From: Desulfobacterales bacterium
GTDB taxonomy: Bacteria > Desulfobacterota > Desulfobacteria > Desulfobacterales > UBA2174
Direction: 5' to 3'
NCBI GenBank assembly: GCA_963668645.2
Contig: CAXXWC010000021.1
Coordinates: 1,536,001-1,600,000 of the forward strand
DNA: 64,000 nucleotides
Shown here: in pieces, positions 38,165 to 47,188 of the stretch
Numbering within the stretch: position 1 is the first letter of the stretch
How the letters are laid out: each line of letters begins with the position of its first letter
Notes under the pieces: model-generated
Told to the model about the DNA's origin: nothing
Database searches by the model: none
What the model saw: the letters and a program-made list of their open reading frames with translations, nothing else
Translations under genes and position numbers: made by a program

Positions 38165-39336
38165 ACCGGACCGGCCGCCGCTCTCTGGGCCGGCGCGCTG
38201 CGGGTCGCCAGCACGGCGGTGAAAAAATAGACGCCCGCCAGGGACCAGAGACGAACATATATGGGGGCCACCTCAGCCAGGGTGGCCCCCATGTGGTTGA
38301 TGGCGTAAAAGCCCTGGATGCCACTGGTCGAAGGGATCATTCCGACCAAAAACTGAAGCCAGGACGGCATGGCGCCCATGGGCCAGGAAAGGCCTGAGAG
38401 CATGAACATCGGAATCGACACGATCAGCAGCACCGGCAGGACGCATTCGCGGGCGGGAAAGGCCCGGGCGATGGTGATGCCCAGGAAAACCGCCGCCAGC
38501 AGCAGCGGGAGGATGAATAGCAACACCTCGCCTGCCGCGGCACGCTGGGGATAATGGTGCCAGCGGATCAAGAGTACGAGCAGAAAAATGCTGAAAACCA
38601 GATGGACCGGCACGTAGGCCATCGCCCGTCCCAACACCCGTTCGCCCGCCTCGATCCAACCGCAGGGGCGCGTCCCGGGTGTCCGGGCGGCCTCGTTGGC
38701 CGTGCCGTCCAGCAGGCCGATGCTCATGATCAGGGTCTGCTGCAGGATCATCACGAAAATCGCCGGCACCACGTAGCTGGCGTAGCCGCCGGCCGGGTTG
38801 AAAAGGTAAACCCGTTCCAGGGGCAGCGGATCGCGGGCCTTGCGGGCGGCTGCGGCCGGCAAGCCGCCGGCCATGAGGGTGCGGATCTCCAGGCGGCCGG
38901 CCATATCACCCACCGCCGAGGCCAGGCTGCGGAAAACGGCCTTGTAGAGGTAGACATAGCTGCCGTCGCAAAAAACGGTGACCGTGGCAGCCTCCCCGCG
39001 CTGCAGGCGGCGGGAAAAATCCTTGGGGATCAGGCAGATGCCATCGATGGCACCTGCGGCCCAGAGCCGCCGGGCTGCGGCCATATCAACAGGCCGGGCC
39101 GCCACGGTTCCGGTCTGGGTGGCGTCGATGGCCTGGACCAGACTGCGGCTGACGGCGGTTCGATCCAGGTCCACCACGGCCACCGGCACGTCCAGGAGCA
39201 CTTCCTGGCGGTAGGGATAGGGATAAATCACCGCATAGAGCAGCACGGCACCGATCAGGATCAGCAGCACGCCGGCTCCCGGATCGCCGACGATCCGGCG
39301 ATATTCGCCGAACCAGGCCCGCAACAACGTTTTCAT
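38155..39336 (-). CDS. ABC-2 type permease (YbhR/YhhJ-like)
   Basis: VPVAVVDLD, LFNPAGGYASYVVPA..ILQQT, LSGLSWP..MP; 1+5 TM layout. Confidence 0.85.
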   Translation of the reverse strand: MKTLLRAWFGEYRRIVGDPGAGVLLILIGAVLLYAVIYPYPYRQEVLLDVPVAVVDLDRTAVSRSLVQAIDATQTGTVAARPVDMAAARRLWAAGAIDGICLIPKDFSRRLQRGEAATVTVFCDGSYVYLYKAVFRSLASAVGDMAGRLEIRTLMAGGLPAAAARKARDPLPLERVYLFNPAGGYASYVVPAIFVMILQQTLIMSIGLLDGTANEAARTPGTRPCGWIEAGERVLGRAMAYVPVHLVFSIFLLVLLIRWHHYPQRAAAGEVLLFILPLLLAAVFLGITIARAFPARECVLPVLLIVSIPMFMLSGLSWPMGAMPSWLQFLVGMIPSTSGIQGFYAINHMGATLAEVAPIYVRLWSLAGVYFFTAVLATRSAPAQRAAAGPVQK

Positions 39337-40532
39337 AGCCGCCCCCAGGTCCCTGGATTGCGCATAAGCCGCGGCAGACGCGTCATGGCCGCAACCGTCG
39401 CCACCACAGGCACTCCGGCCAGCACCAGCCAGGCGGTGGTCTGGGGTGCAGCCAGGGAGGCCCGCAGGGTTTCCCCGAACAGGATCCGCAGATAATGGGT
39501 CAATGGCAGGCTTTCACTCCAGAACCGGGCCGCGGCCGGTATGCCCACCAAGGGGAAGGTGATCCCGGCAAAGGGATAGGCGGTCACAGCCCAGACCCCG
39601 CCGGTGCTCAAAGAGAGACGCAGGTTGGCGGTTGCCGCCACGAGAACCAGGGCCGCCGCCTGGCCGGTGGCCACCAGCAGCACCGTGGCCGCCCAGAGTC
39701 GCAGGCCGCTGCCGGCGATCACCAGATGCTGGCCACAGACCAGCCAGATCAGCATGGCCAGGGCCAGGGTCCAGAAAACAGTGGCGTGGGCCAGGCCCTT
39801 GCCGATCACCGCCGCCCAGGGGTGCCCGCCGGCCGAAGCCAGCCAGGCATCGGCGGTCTTGTGCCGCAGTTCGCTGCCGAAGGCGAATATGCTCATGGTC
39901 ACGACCAGGATGTTGAGTACGGCCGGCAACATGGTGGCAGTGAGGAAATAGGCATAGTTGAGATACGGGTTGAACAGGATACGCGCATCGAGGCGCACCG
40001 GTCTGGCCTGGTCTGCCGCCGCCGCCGCCATCGCGCCTTTGGCCATACGCATGCCTGCCGCCTGCCGCACCGAGGCGGTAGTCAGGGTCGCCTGGACGGC
40101 CTTTTCCACCGTACCGCCCGGAAGCAGAAAGCAGTTGCCGATGTAAGCCACCACCGGTTGGGGGGTGCCGCGGGAAGCATCCCGCTCCAGCCCCTCGGAC
40201 AGATCGATCAGGGCCTGGCAAACGCCTGTTTTCAGCAGCCGCTGGCCCTCGTCAAGATCCGCCGGATGCCGGACCACGGCCATCTCGGCCGTGGCGTCCA
40301 GCAGCCGCACGATCTGGCGCGAGAGGGCCGAGTGGTCCCGATCACAGACCGCGATGGGCAGCTCTCTTAAAGCCGCCGGGCTGAACACGGCGCTGAGCAA
40401 CCCGGCTGCCGCCACCGGCACCAGCACCATGGCCCACAGATAGAACCGGTCACCGGCCATCCGGCCCCATTCACGCCGAAAGGCACCGGCAACACCGGCC
40501 AGCCAACCTGAACGCAACGGACCCATTTTCAT
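39333..40532 (-). CDS. ABC-2 type permease (YbhS-like)
   Basis: LPIAVCDRDHSALSR, LFNPYLNY, FAGITFP, LPLTHY. Confidence 0.85.
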   Translation of the reverse strand: MKMGPLRSGWLAGVAGAFRREWGRMAGDRFYLWAMVLVPVAAAGLLSAVFSPAALRELPIAVCDRDHSALSRQIVRLLDATAEMAVVRHPADLDEGQRLLKTGVCQALIDLSEGLERDASRGTPQPVVAYIGNCFLLPGGTVEKAVQATLTTASVRQAAGMRMAKGAMAAAAADQARPVRLDARILFNPYLNYAYFLTATMLPAVLNILVVTMSIFAFGSELRHKTADAWLASAGGHPWAAVIGKGLAHATVFWTLALAMLIWLVCGQHLVIAGSGLRLWAATVLLVATGQAAALVLVAATANLRLSLSTGGVWAVTAYPFAGITFPLVGIPAAARFWSESLPLTHYLRILFGETLRASLAAPQTTAWLVLAGVPVVATVAAMTRLPRLMRNPGTWGRL

Positions 40533-41536
40533 ACACCCCCGGCCCCCGGCCGATCTGCCGCCGCAAGCGGCACGATGGCGCTCATCCCCGGCCGCAGCCC
40601 GTCCACCGGGCTGATGGGTCGAGCCCGGACTTCAAAGGTTTTCAGGTCGAAGTCGCCCTGGGCCCGGGTGGCCCGCCAGGCGGCAAAGTCTCCCATCGGC
40701 GCGATATAGTCCACCGCCAGGGTGACGCTCCGGTCCGCCAGGGCCGGGATCCGGGCCGTGAGCCGGCTGCCCATGCGGATTCCGGCCAGCAGGTCTTCGC
40801 GCAGGTGAAATACCACCCAGGTGTCATTCAAATCGACGATCTTGACCAGCGGGAACCCGGCGCTGACCACCTCTCCGGCTTCCACCACCCGCAGGGTCAC
40901 TTCACCGTCTATCGGGGCCTTCAGCCGGGTCTCCTTGCGAAAGGCCTCCACTTCCGAGACGGCCCCGTTGGCCTGGGCCACCAGGGCCGCGGCGGCGCTC
41001 CGATCCTCGCGCCGGGCCCCGGCCAGGGCCATGTCATAAATCGCCTTGGCCGCCTCGGCCGTCTCCCGGGCCACCTTCAGACCGGCCTCGGCCTCGTCGC
41101 GTTTCTGGGTCGGCAGGACCCCGTCGGCGTTGAGCCGGTCGACCCTTTTAAACGTTTTGTCGGCCAGTTCGGATGCGGCCAGTGCTTTTTGCCACTGGTT
41201 GTAGGCCGCGCGGATCTTTTCACTGCGGGTGCCGTGTTCGGCCTTCTGCTGTTGCGCCTCGGCGGCCCGGGCGGCCGCTTCGGCCTGGGCCATTTTGGCG
41301 TCCAGCTCCGGGCTGTCCAGGATCGCCACCAAATCGCCGCGGGCCACCGACTGGCCCTCCCGCACCAGGATCTGCGCCACCCGCCCCGGGATCTTGGCTG
41401 CCACCGAAACATCGGTGGCGTCCACTTCCCCCTGGATCACCATGGGGGCCGGTTGCCGCGCCATGGCACCGAGTGCCAGGGCGCCGGCGGCCAAAATGAC
41501 GGGAACCGCCAAAAGTGGCATAAATTTTCGTTTCAT
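40529..41536 (-). CDS. HlyD-family periplasmic adaptor
   Basis: IQGEVDA..V..KIPGRV..V.EG..V..GD, helical hairpin, APIDGEV, GDFAAWRATR...FDLKTFEV, LRPGMS. Confidence 0.9.
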   Translation of the reverse strand: MKRKFMPLLAVPVILAAGALALGAMARQPAPMVIQGEVDATDVSVAAKIPGRVAQILVREGQSVARGDLVAILDSPELDAKMAQAEAAARAAEAQQQKAEHGTRSEKIRAAYNQWQKALAASELADKTFKRVDRLNADGVLPTQKRDEAEAGLKVARETAEAAKAIYDMALAGARREDRSAAAALVAQANGAVSEVEAFRKETRLKAPIDGEVTLRVVEAGEVVSAGFPLVKIVDLNDTWVVFHLREDLLAGIRMGSRLTARIPALADRSVTLAVDYIAPMGDFAAWRATRAQGDFDLKTFEVRARPISPVDGLRPGMSAIVPLAAADRPGAGGV

Positions 41537-42972
41537 CGCAATTCCCCTTCTCCTTGGGCTTGACAAATCTGTTCGATACGACGCGGCACCGTTCCCCGTT
41601 GGCGGTAGGTTTCAAAATCTTCGCCGCAGCCGGAAGCTTCCAGCAGCCCCGCCAGGGCGGTATCGAACCGGTAGAGGGCATCGAGGCGTTCGATGCGGAT
41701 CCTGGCCAGGGAAAGTTCCGCATCGACCACGTCCAGTGAAGTGGCCAGCCCCTCTTCGAAGGCCCGCCGGCGGACCCGCAGATTTTCCAGCCCCAGATCG
41801 GCGGCGGCCTCCAAAGCGTCAAACTCTTCGATAGCCTTGGCGGTCTCGTGGTGCCGCTGGACGATGAGGGTGTCCAGATTGCGCCGGGTGTCCTGCACCA
41901 GGCAGGCCACCTTTTCGGCCAGGGCCTGAGCCGCGGCGATGCGGTGGCGCCGGGCCCCGCCTTCGAAGAGCGTCAGACGCGCACCGACGCCGGCAGCCCA
42001 TTCGGGGTCCAGGATGGTCAGATCTTCGCTGACCAGTTCTCGGCGACCGAAAAGATAGATCTCGGGCCAGCGGGTGCCCTGCGCCACCTTCACCCCCTGT
42101 TCGGCGGTTTTCTGTTCGGCGGCCAGCCGCCGCAGGATGGGACTGTGGGCCCGGGCCAGTTGTTGAAATTCCGAGGCCAGCCCCAGGCCCCGGGAGAAAA
42201 ACAAGCCGTCGGCCGGCTCGACGGCCGCATCGGTGCCGAGGCTGTTTTGCAGTGCGGCCAGGGCGATCTGGGCATCGTGCTCGGCCGCCAGCATGGCGCG
42301 TTGCGCCTCGGCCAGCGCCACGGTGGCGTGCAGCCGTTCGGCGCGAGCGATCATGCCGTTTTGCTCAAGCCTGACGGCGTGTTCCTGGTGAAGCTGCATC
42401 GCCTGCCAGACCTGCCGGCGGACATTGACCACATCGCGGATCAGACAAAGGCCGAAATAGCGCGTGGCCACCTGGCTCACCAGGCGCGCCGTTTCCGATT
42501 GTTCGGCCGCCTCGGCCGCCTGGTGCTGGGCCGATGCGGCCCGGTTGGCCGCCAGGATCCGCCCGCCGGTGAAAACAGGCCAGGTGACCGTTGCGTCCAT
42601 CTGTAAATAGTGGTCGTCCTGCACCGCCATTTCAAAGGACGGCAGAGCGCCGGAGGGCAGGCCATGTAGCTTGGCGATCAGCTGGCGCAGCGGATCCAGG
42701 TCGATGCTGATCTCGTCGTTGAGAAACGTGTAGCGCCCCTCCAGGGTCAGTTTTGGAAAGTAAAGCCCGCGGGCCACACCCTGGAGTTCCCCCTGGCGCA
42801 GGGTCTCCCTTTGAGCGGCGGCCAACGCCTGGCTGTTGGTCTTGGCCAGATGCAACGCTTCGTCAAAGTGCATCGCGGCCAGCGCCGGTCGCCCGGCCGC
42901 AGAAAGCACCAGCGTCAGGAGCAGGGCCCACCAGAGCCGTTGATTATCCGTATGCGCTGGTCCGATTTTCAT
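41533..42972 (-). CDS. TolC-family outer-membrane efflux protein
   Basis: Signal peptide; two OEP repeats (YFPKL, PVFTGG, LFEGG, FEEGLATSLDVVDA). Confidence 0.88.
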   Translation of the reverse strand: MKIGPAHTDNQRLWWALLLTLVLSAAGRPALAAMHFDEALHLAKTNSQALAAAQRETLRQGELQGVARGLYFPKLTLEGRYTFLNDEISIDLDPLRQLIAKLHGLPSGALPSFEMAVQDDHYLQMDATVTWPVFTGGRILAANRAASAQHQAAEAAEQSETARLVSQVATRYFGLCLIRDVVNVRRQVWQAMQLHQEHAVRLEQNGMIARAERLHATVALAEAQRAMLAAEHDAQIALAALQNSLGTDAAVEPADGLFFSRGLGLASEFQQLARAHSPILRRLAAEQKTAEQGVKVAQGTRWPEIYLFGRRELVSEDLTILDPEWAAGVGARLTLFEGGARRHRIAAAQALAEKVACLVQDTRRNLDTLIVQRHHETAKAIEEFDALEAAADLGLENLRVRRRAFEEGLATSLDVVDAELSLARIRIERLDALYRFDTALAGLLEASGCGEDFETYRQRGTVPRRIEQICQAQGEGELR

Positions 42973-43295
42973 TTCCGCCCTCCGGTACCCCGAGACCGTC
43001 CGCCAAGGGGAGCTTCGGCACCCAAGTCCGACCACTGGGTGTAATGCGTCTGGCCGTAGCGTCGCAATTCGTGGATCAGGGCCTGGGCCTTGGGCGAGGC
43101 CTGCTGGCTTTTACTCAGCCCGGGCGGCTGCAACTGGATCCACAAGTCGCCGGCCACCGTGAGGTCACGAAACACCCTTACCTGCTTGGACCTGCCTGAT
43201 TCGCCGGCAGCAATCTGTTGCGCCAGGACCTTGGCCTGCTGCCAGCCGCTGTCGCCACCCGCAGCCCGGAAGTGAATACACTCGATTATCTGCAT
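42969..43295 (-). CDS. Small hypothetical protein leading the efflux operon
   Basis: GGAGG RBS; 4-nt overlap with the tolC start; first gene after a sigma-54 promoter. Confidence 0.6.
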   Translation of the reverse strand: MQIIECIHFRAAGGDSGWQQAKVLAQQIAAGESGRSKQVRVFRDLTVAGDLWIQLQPPGLSKSQQASPKAQALIHELRRYGQTHYTQWSDLGAEAPLGGRSRGTGGRK

Positions 43296-43333
43296 ATCAT
43301 CCTCCCTTGAAATATCACCTTTACCCGGGACAT

Positions 43334-43468
43334 TGCGATTTTCATACCATCACATATAATACATTTAAGATCAATATGTTATCTATCATCACAGGCCGTA
43401 GAGTACGAAAATTCGTATTGATAAGCACGTCATTTCGTGTTTTATTCAAAACAATACGATTATTCGTG
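43334..43468 (-). promoter_or_regulatory. sigma-54 promoter, IHF-like site and three activator palindromes
   Basis: Minus-strand TGGTAT-N5-TCGCA (43349-43334); GATCAATATGTTA (43369-43381); YACGW-N4-TCGTR at 43404-43417, 43426-43439 and 43455-43468. Confidence 0.6.
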
Positions 43469-43484
43469 ATTCGTTGGAGGCGGC

Positions 43485-45044
43485 ATGGACGATCCCAATA
43501 TTTTTTTCCGCGAGGCCACCATCCGCATCTGCGGCAGCCTCAACATTGACCGGGCCTTGGTGCGCTGCCTCGATTACATCGGGCGCCAGATACCGGCCAC
43601 CGGCATGTCGCTGCACCTCTACGAGCCGGAATTCGATGCCCTGCGCACCGTGGCGGCGGTGATGCCCGACCGGCCCGAGCGGCTCCAGCGCCACGTGGCC
43701 GTGCCGGCCGAGATGCGCAGGTTGACCCGGCGCGAATACGCCCATCCGCCGGACCTGGTGATCATCAACGATCCGGCCGGCGATCCAGAGTACCGGGCCA
43801 TCACCCGGCAGATCTGGGATCACGACGTTTCCATGGTGCGCCTGACCTTGACCCTGGAAGGCGAACGGGTCGGCATGCTCATCGTCTACGCGGCCGGCAC
43901 CGACCGTTACCGGCCTCAGCACGCCGAGCGGCTGCGGCTGTTGCGCGAGCCGTTCGCCATCGCCATGAGCAATACACTGCGCTACCAGGAACTCGAGGCC
44001 CTCAAGGAGACCCTGGCGGACGACAACCGCTACCTCCAGCAGGAACTGGCACGGGTGGCCGGAGACGAAATCATCGGAGCCGATTTTGGACTTAAGGAAG
44101 TCATGGAGCGGGTGCGCCAGGTTGCCCCCCTGGACACCACCGTACTGCTCCAGGGGGAAACCGGCGCGGGCAAGGAGTTGATCGCCAACGCGATCCACTC
44201 GGGCTCGGGGCGCCACGACCGGCCCCTGATCAAGGTCAACTGCGGCGCCATTCCCGATTCGCTCGTGGACAGTGAGCTGTTCGGCCACGAAAAGGGTGCC
44301 TTTACCGGCGCTGTGGCCCAGCGCCGCGGCCGGTTCGAGCGGGCCCATACCGGAACGATCTTTCTCGACGAAATCGGCGAGCTGCCCCAGCAGGCCCAGG
44401 TCAGGCTGCTGCGGGTCCTGCAGCAGCACCAGATCGAGCGGGTGGGCGGCACGGGGACCGTGGACGTCGATGTGCGCGTCATTTGTGCCACCCACCGCAA
44501 CCTGGAAGAGCGGGTCCGCGGCGGCCGGTTCCGCGAAGATCTCTGGTTCCGCCTGAACGTCTTTCCCGTGATGATCCCGCCCTTGCGCCAGCGGCGGGAC
44601 GACATCCCGGCCCTGGTGGCCCATTTCATGGACCGCAAGGCCAGGGAGCTGCGCATCGGCCGTCCGCCGCACCTGGCCCCCGGCAGTATCGACCGGCTAC
44701 GCGGCTACCAATGGCCGGGCAACGTCCGCGAGTTGGAAAACGCGGTGGAACGGGCCCTGATCCTCTACCAGGGCAACCGGCACGGCGGTGCCATCTTTTT
44801 TGATCTGCCCTATGCGGCAGAAAGCGCCAATCGGGCCGCCGGAACGGCGCCGGCCAGCGGCGCAGAGGACCTGCCCGATTTTACCACCTGGCAGCGCCGC
44901 TACTTTCAAACCCTGCTCCAGGCCAGCGGCGGCCGGATCCAGGGTCCGGATGGGGCCGCCCGCCGGGCCGGAATCCATCCCAACACCCTGCGCAGCCGGC
45001 TGCAGAAGCTGGGGATCGAATTCGGCCGCACCGCGCGTGGATAG
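43485..45044 (+). CDS. sigma-54 enhancer-binding protein, GAF + AAA+ + HTH (FhlA/NifA-like)
   Basis: GAF-like N-terminus; GETGAGKE, GAFTGA, FLDEIGE, WPGNVREL; GRIQGPDGAA..IHPNTLRSRL HTH. Confidence 0.9.
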   Translation: MDDPNIFFREATIRICGSLNIDRALVRCLDYIGRQIPATGMSLHLYEPEFDALRTVAAVMPDRPERLQRHVAVPAEMRRLTRREYAHPPDLVIINDPAGDPEYRAITRQIWDHDVSMVRLTLTLEGERVGMLIVYAAGTDRYRPQHAERLRLLREPFAIAMSNTLRYQELEALKETLADDNRYLQQELARVAGDEIIGADFGLKEVMERVRQVAPLDTTVLLQGETGAGKELIANAIHSGSGRHDRPLIKVNCGAIPDSLVDSELFGHEKGAFTGAVAQRRGRFERAHTGTIFLDEIGELPQQAQVRLLRVLQQHQIERVGGTGTVDVDVRVICATHRNLEERVRGGRFREDLWFRLNVFPVMIPPLRQRRDDIPALVAHFMDRKARELRIGRPPHLAPGSIDRLRGYQWPGNVRELENAVERALILYQGNRHGGAIFFDLPYAAESANRAAGTAPASGAEDLPDFTTWQRRYFQTLLQASGGRIQGPDGAARRAGIHPNTLRSRLQKLGIEFGRTARG

Positions 45045-45069
45045 GATAACCGGACGGACCAGGATGGGC

Positions 45070-45726
45070 TTACAGCTGCCATTCGTCCAAATGGAGCATC
45101 TCTTCGATATGCTCCCGTACCAGACGCTCCAAACGATCCGGATCCTGCAGGGGATCGCCCAAGGCTTCCAGGATGCGCTGGTGAATGGCCAGGCTTTGCT
45201 GGCAGTAGATTGGGGTGTGGGGAAAAAAATAGCGCAGCATGGTGCCGCGCAGGCGCAAGTCCATGATCATGGCGATGAGCAGCCGATTCTCGCAGGCATC
45301 GATATAGACATGGTGGAAACGGCCGTGGTGATCGAGAAACAGATCCACATCTCCTTGCCGGGCCGCCGTGCGCATGGCATCCAACTCTCCGGCCAAGGCC
45401 TTGACCCGGGCACGGGTCATATGCGCATGGGCCTGGCGTGCGGCCAATCCCTCCAGCACCGCCAGGACCGGATAGTGTTCATTGATGTCGTTGCGGGTAA
45501 TCTTTTTTACGAAGGTGCCGCGCCGGGCCCGGATCTCCACCAGTCCCCGCTTTTCCAGATCCCGGAAGGCTTCCCTCAGGGGCGAGCGGCTGACGCCGAA
45601 TAATTTTTGCAGTTCCGTCTCCACCAACCGGTCGCCCCCCCGCAAGGTGCGGTCCAGGATCGCCTTGATCAGGGCCTGGGAGATTCGCTGCACCAGACCG
45701 GCATCATCAAAAGAGATCGAATCCAT
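45070..45726 (-). CDS. GntR-family regulator (FCD domain)
   Basis: GDRLVETEL..FGVSRSPLREAF..L...GLV wHTH; R..LE-like segment, FH and N..L..H FCD residues. Confidence 0.9.
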   Translation of the reverse strand: MDSISFDDAGLVQRISQALIKAILDRTLRGGDRLVETELQKLFGVSRSPLREAFRDLEKRGLVEIRARRGTFVKKITRNDINEHYPVLAVLEGLAARQAHAHMTRARVKALAGELDAMRTAARQGDVDLFLDHHGRFHHVYIDACENRLLIAMIMDLRLRGTMLRYFFPHTPIYCQQSLAIHQRILEALGDPLQDPDRLERLVREHIEEMLHLDEWQL

Positions 45727-45824
45727 TACATCCTTTCCCGATGGCCGCTTTGCGCCGTCACAACCGGACGCTGGCCGCAGTACACAGAATCTGCCTCATC
45801 ATCTAAATCAGTTCATAATTTGAA

Positions 45825-45896
45825 TTGACAAGGATTGAAGAATAATGATACTTGTCGTTTGTCGACAATTCTAACCCGGCCTGCACCTGTTGTCAA
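45825..45896. promoter_or_regulatory. Face-to-face sigma-70 promoters with central GntR-type palindrome
   Basis: Plus TTGACA (45825-45830), 16 nt, GATACT; minus TTGACA (45896-45891), 17 nt, TAGAAT; TTGTCGACAA at 45859-45868. Confidence 0.6.
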
Positions 45897-45982
45897 GCAC
45901 TGCAATCCTATGATTTCGTGAATCATAAAGGCCGTTTCCGATCGTCGATGTTATACGCCAACAAAAAAAACAGTGGAGAACA

Positions 45983-47173
45983 ATGAACGACCCGGACCGT
46001 AGTCTCGCCGATATCAAGCAGGCCGCCATTGGCCAGGTAGACATTCTGGCCCCCGAACTGATCGCCCTTTCCCGCCGGCTTTTCGACCATCCCGAAACCG
46101 CTTACGAGGAAGTCAATGCCTGCCGCTGGCTCGCCGAGTTCCTCGCCTCTAAGGGATTTACGGTCAAAACAGGAGTCGGCGGCGTCGATACCGCCTTTTC
46201 GGCCAGGCCGGAGACCACGTTGCCGGCCAAGCCGGCCATCGCGTTTCTGGCCGAATATGACGCCCTGCCCAAGATCGGCCACGGCTGCGGCCATAATCTG
46301 ATTGCAGCCGCCTCCATCGGTGCCTTCGTCGCCCTTTGCCGGGCATGGCCCGATCCGCCGGGCGCCGTACGGCTCATCGGAACCCCGGCCGAGGAAGGAG
46401 GCGGAGGCAAGGCCCGCCTGGCCGAAGCCGGTCTGTTCGACGGCGTCGATTTTGCGCTCATGTTCCATCCCGGCAACGCCAATCGACTGGGCGGCAATTC
46501 CCACGGGCGCATCAAGGCCAGGGTTGAATTCTTCGGGCGAGCCGCCCATGCCGCCTCTGCACCCGAAAAGGGCATTAACGCCCTGGACGCCATGATCTCC
46601 ACCTTCAACAGCATCGGTCTCATGCGCCAGCAGATGCCGGCCATCGACTGCATCCACGGGATCATCACCGCCGGCGGCGATGCCCCCAACATCATTCCGG
46701 ACTACACCGCCGCCCTCTTTTACATCCGCTCCAAGGATCGCGAGTATCTCAAGACGCTTTTTGGCCGTTTCGAGGAATGCTGCAACGGTGCGGCCCAGGC
46801 CTCTGGCTGCACCACCAAGGTGACCGTGCTGCCGCCATCGCTGGAGCCGATGAAGCGCAATCCGGTGATGGAGGAGGTATGGCGCAAGAACCTGGTCCGG
46901 CTGGGGATCGAACCATGCCTGACCGACGGTCCCAGCGGATCCACCGACCTGGGCAATATCAGTCAGATCATGCCCGTGATCCAGCCGTATCTGGCTCTGG
47001 TCAGCGAAGAGATCGCCGCCCATACCAAGGAATTCGCCGATGCCACCGTCAGCCCGACCGGTCAACGTGTACTGGTCAACGCCGCCAAGCTGCTGGCCAT
47101 GACTGCGGCCGATTACCTCGCTTGCGGCGAAATCCGGCAGGCAACGGCCCGGGCCTTTGAAACAACCACCTGA
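45983..47173 (+). CDS. M20-family amidohydrolase (AbgB/PM20D2-like)
   Basis: HPETAYEE, AEYDALP, GHGCGHNLI, GTPAEEGGGGK, GINALDA, GSTDLGNIS, AHT. Confidence 0.9.
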   Translation: MNDPDRSLADIKQAAIGQVDILAPELIALSRRLFDHPETAYEEVNACRWLAEFLASKGFTVKTGVGGVDTAFSARPETTLPAKPAIAFLAEYDALPKIGHGCGHNLIAAASIGAFVALCRAWPDPPGAVRLIGTPAEEGGGGKARLAEAGLFDGVDFALMFHPGNANRLGGNSHGRIKARVEFFGRAAHAASAPEKGINALDAMISTFNSIGLMRQQMPAIDCIHGIITAGGDAPNIIPDYTAALFYIRSKDREYLKTLFGRFEECCNGAAQASGCTTKVTVLPPSLEPMKRNPVMEEVWRKNLVRLGIEPCLTDGPSGSTDLGNISQIMPVIQPYLALVSEEIAAHTKEFADATVSPTGQRVLVNAAKLLAMTAADYLACGEIRQATARAFETTT

Positions 47174-47188
47174 AAAAGGAGATCTGCG

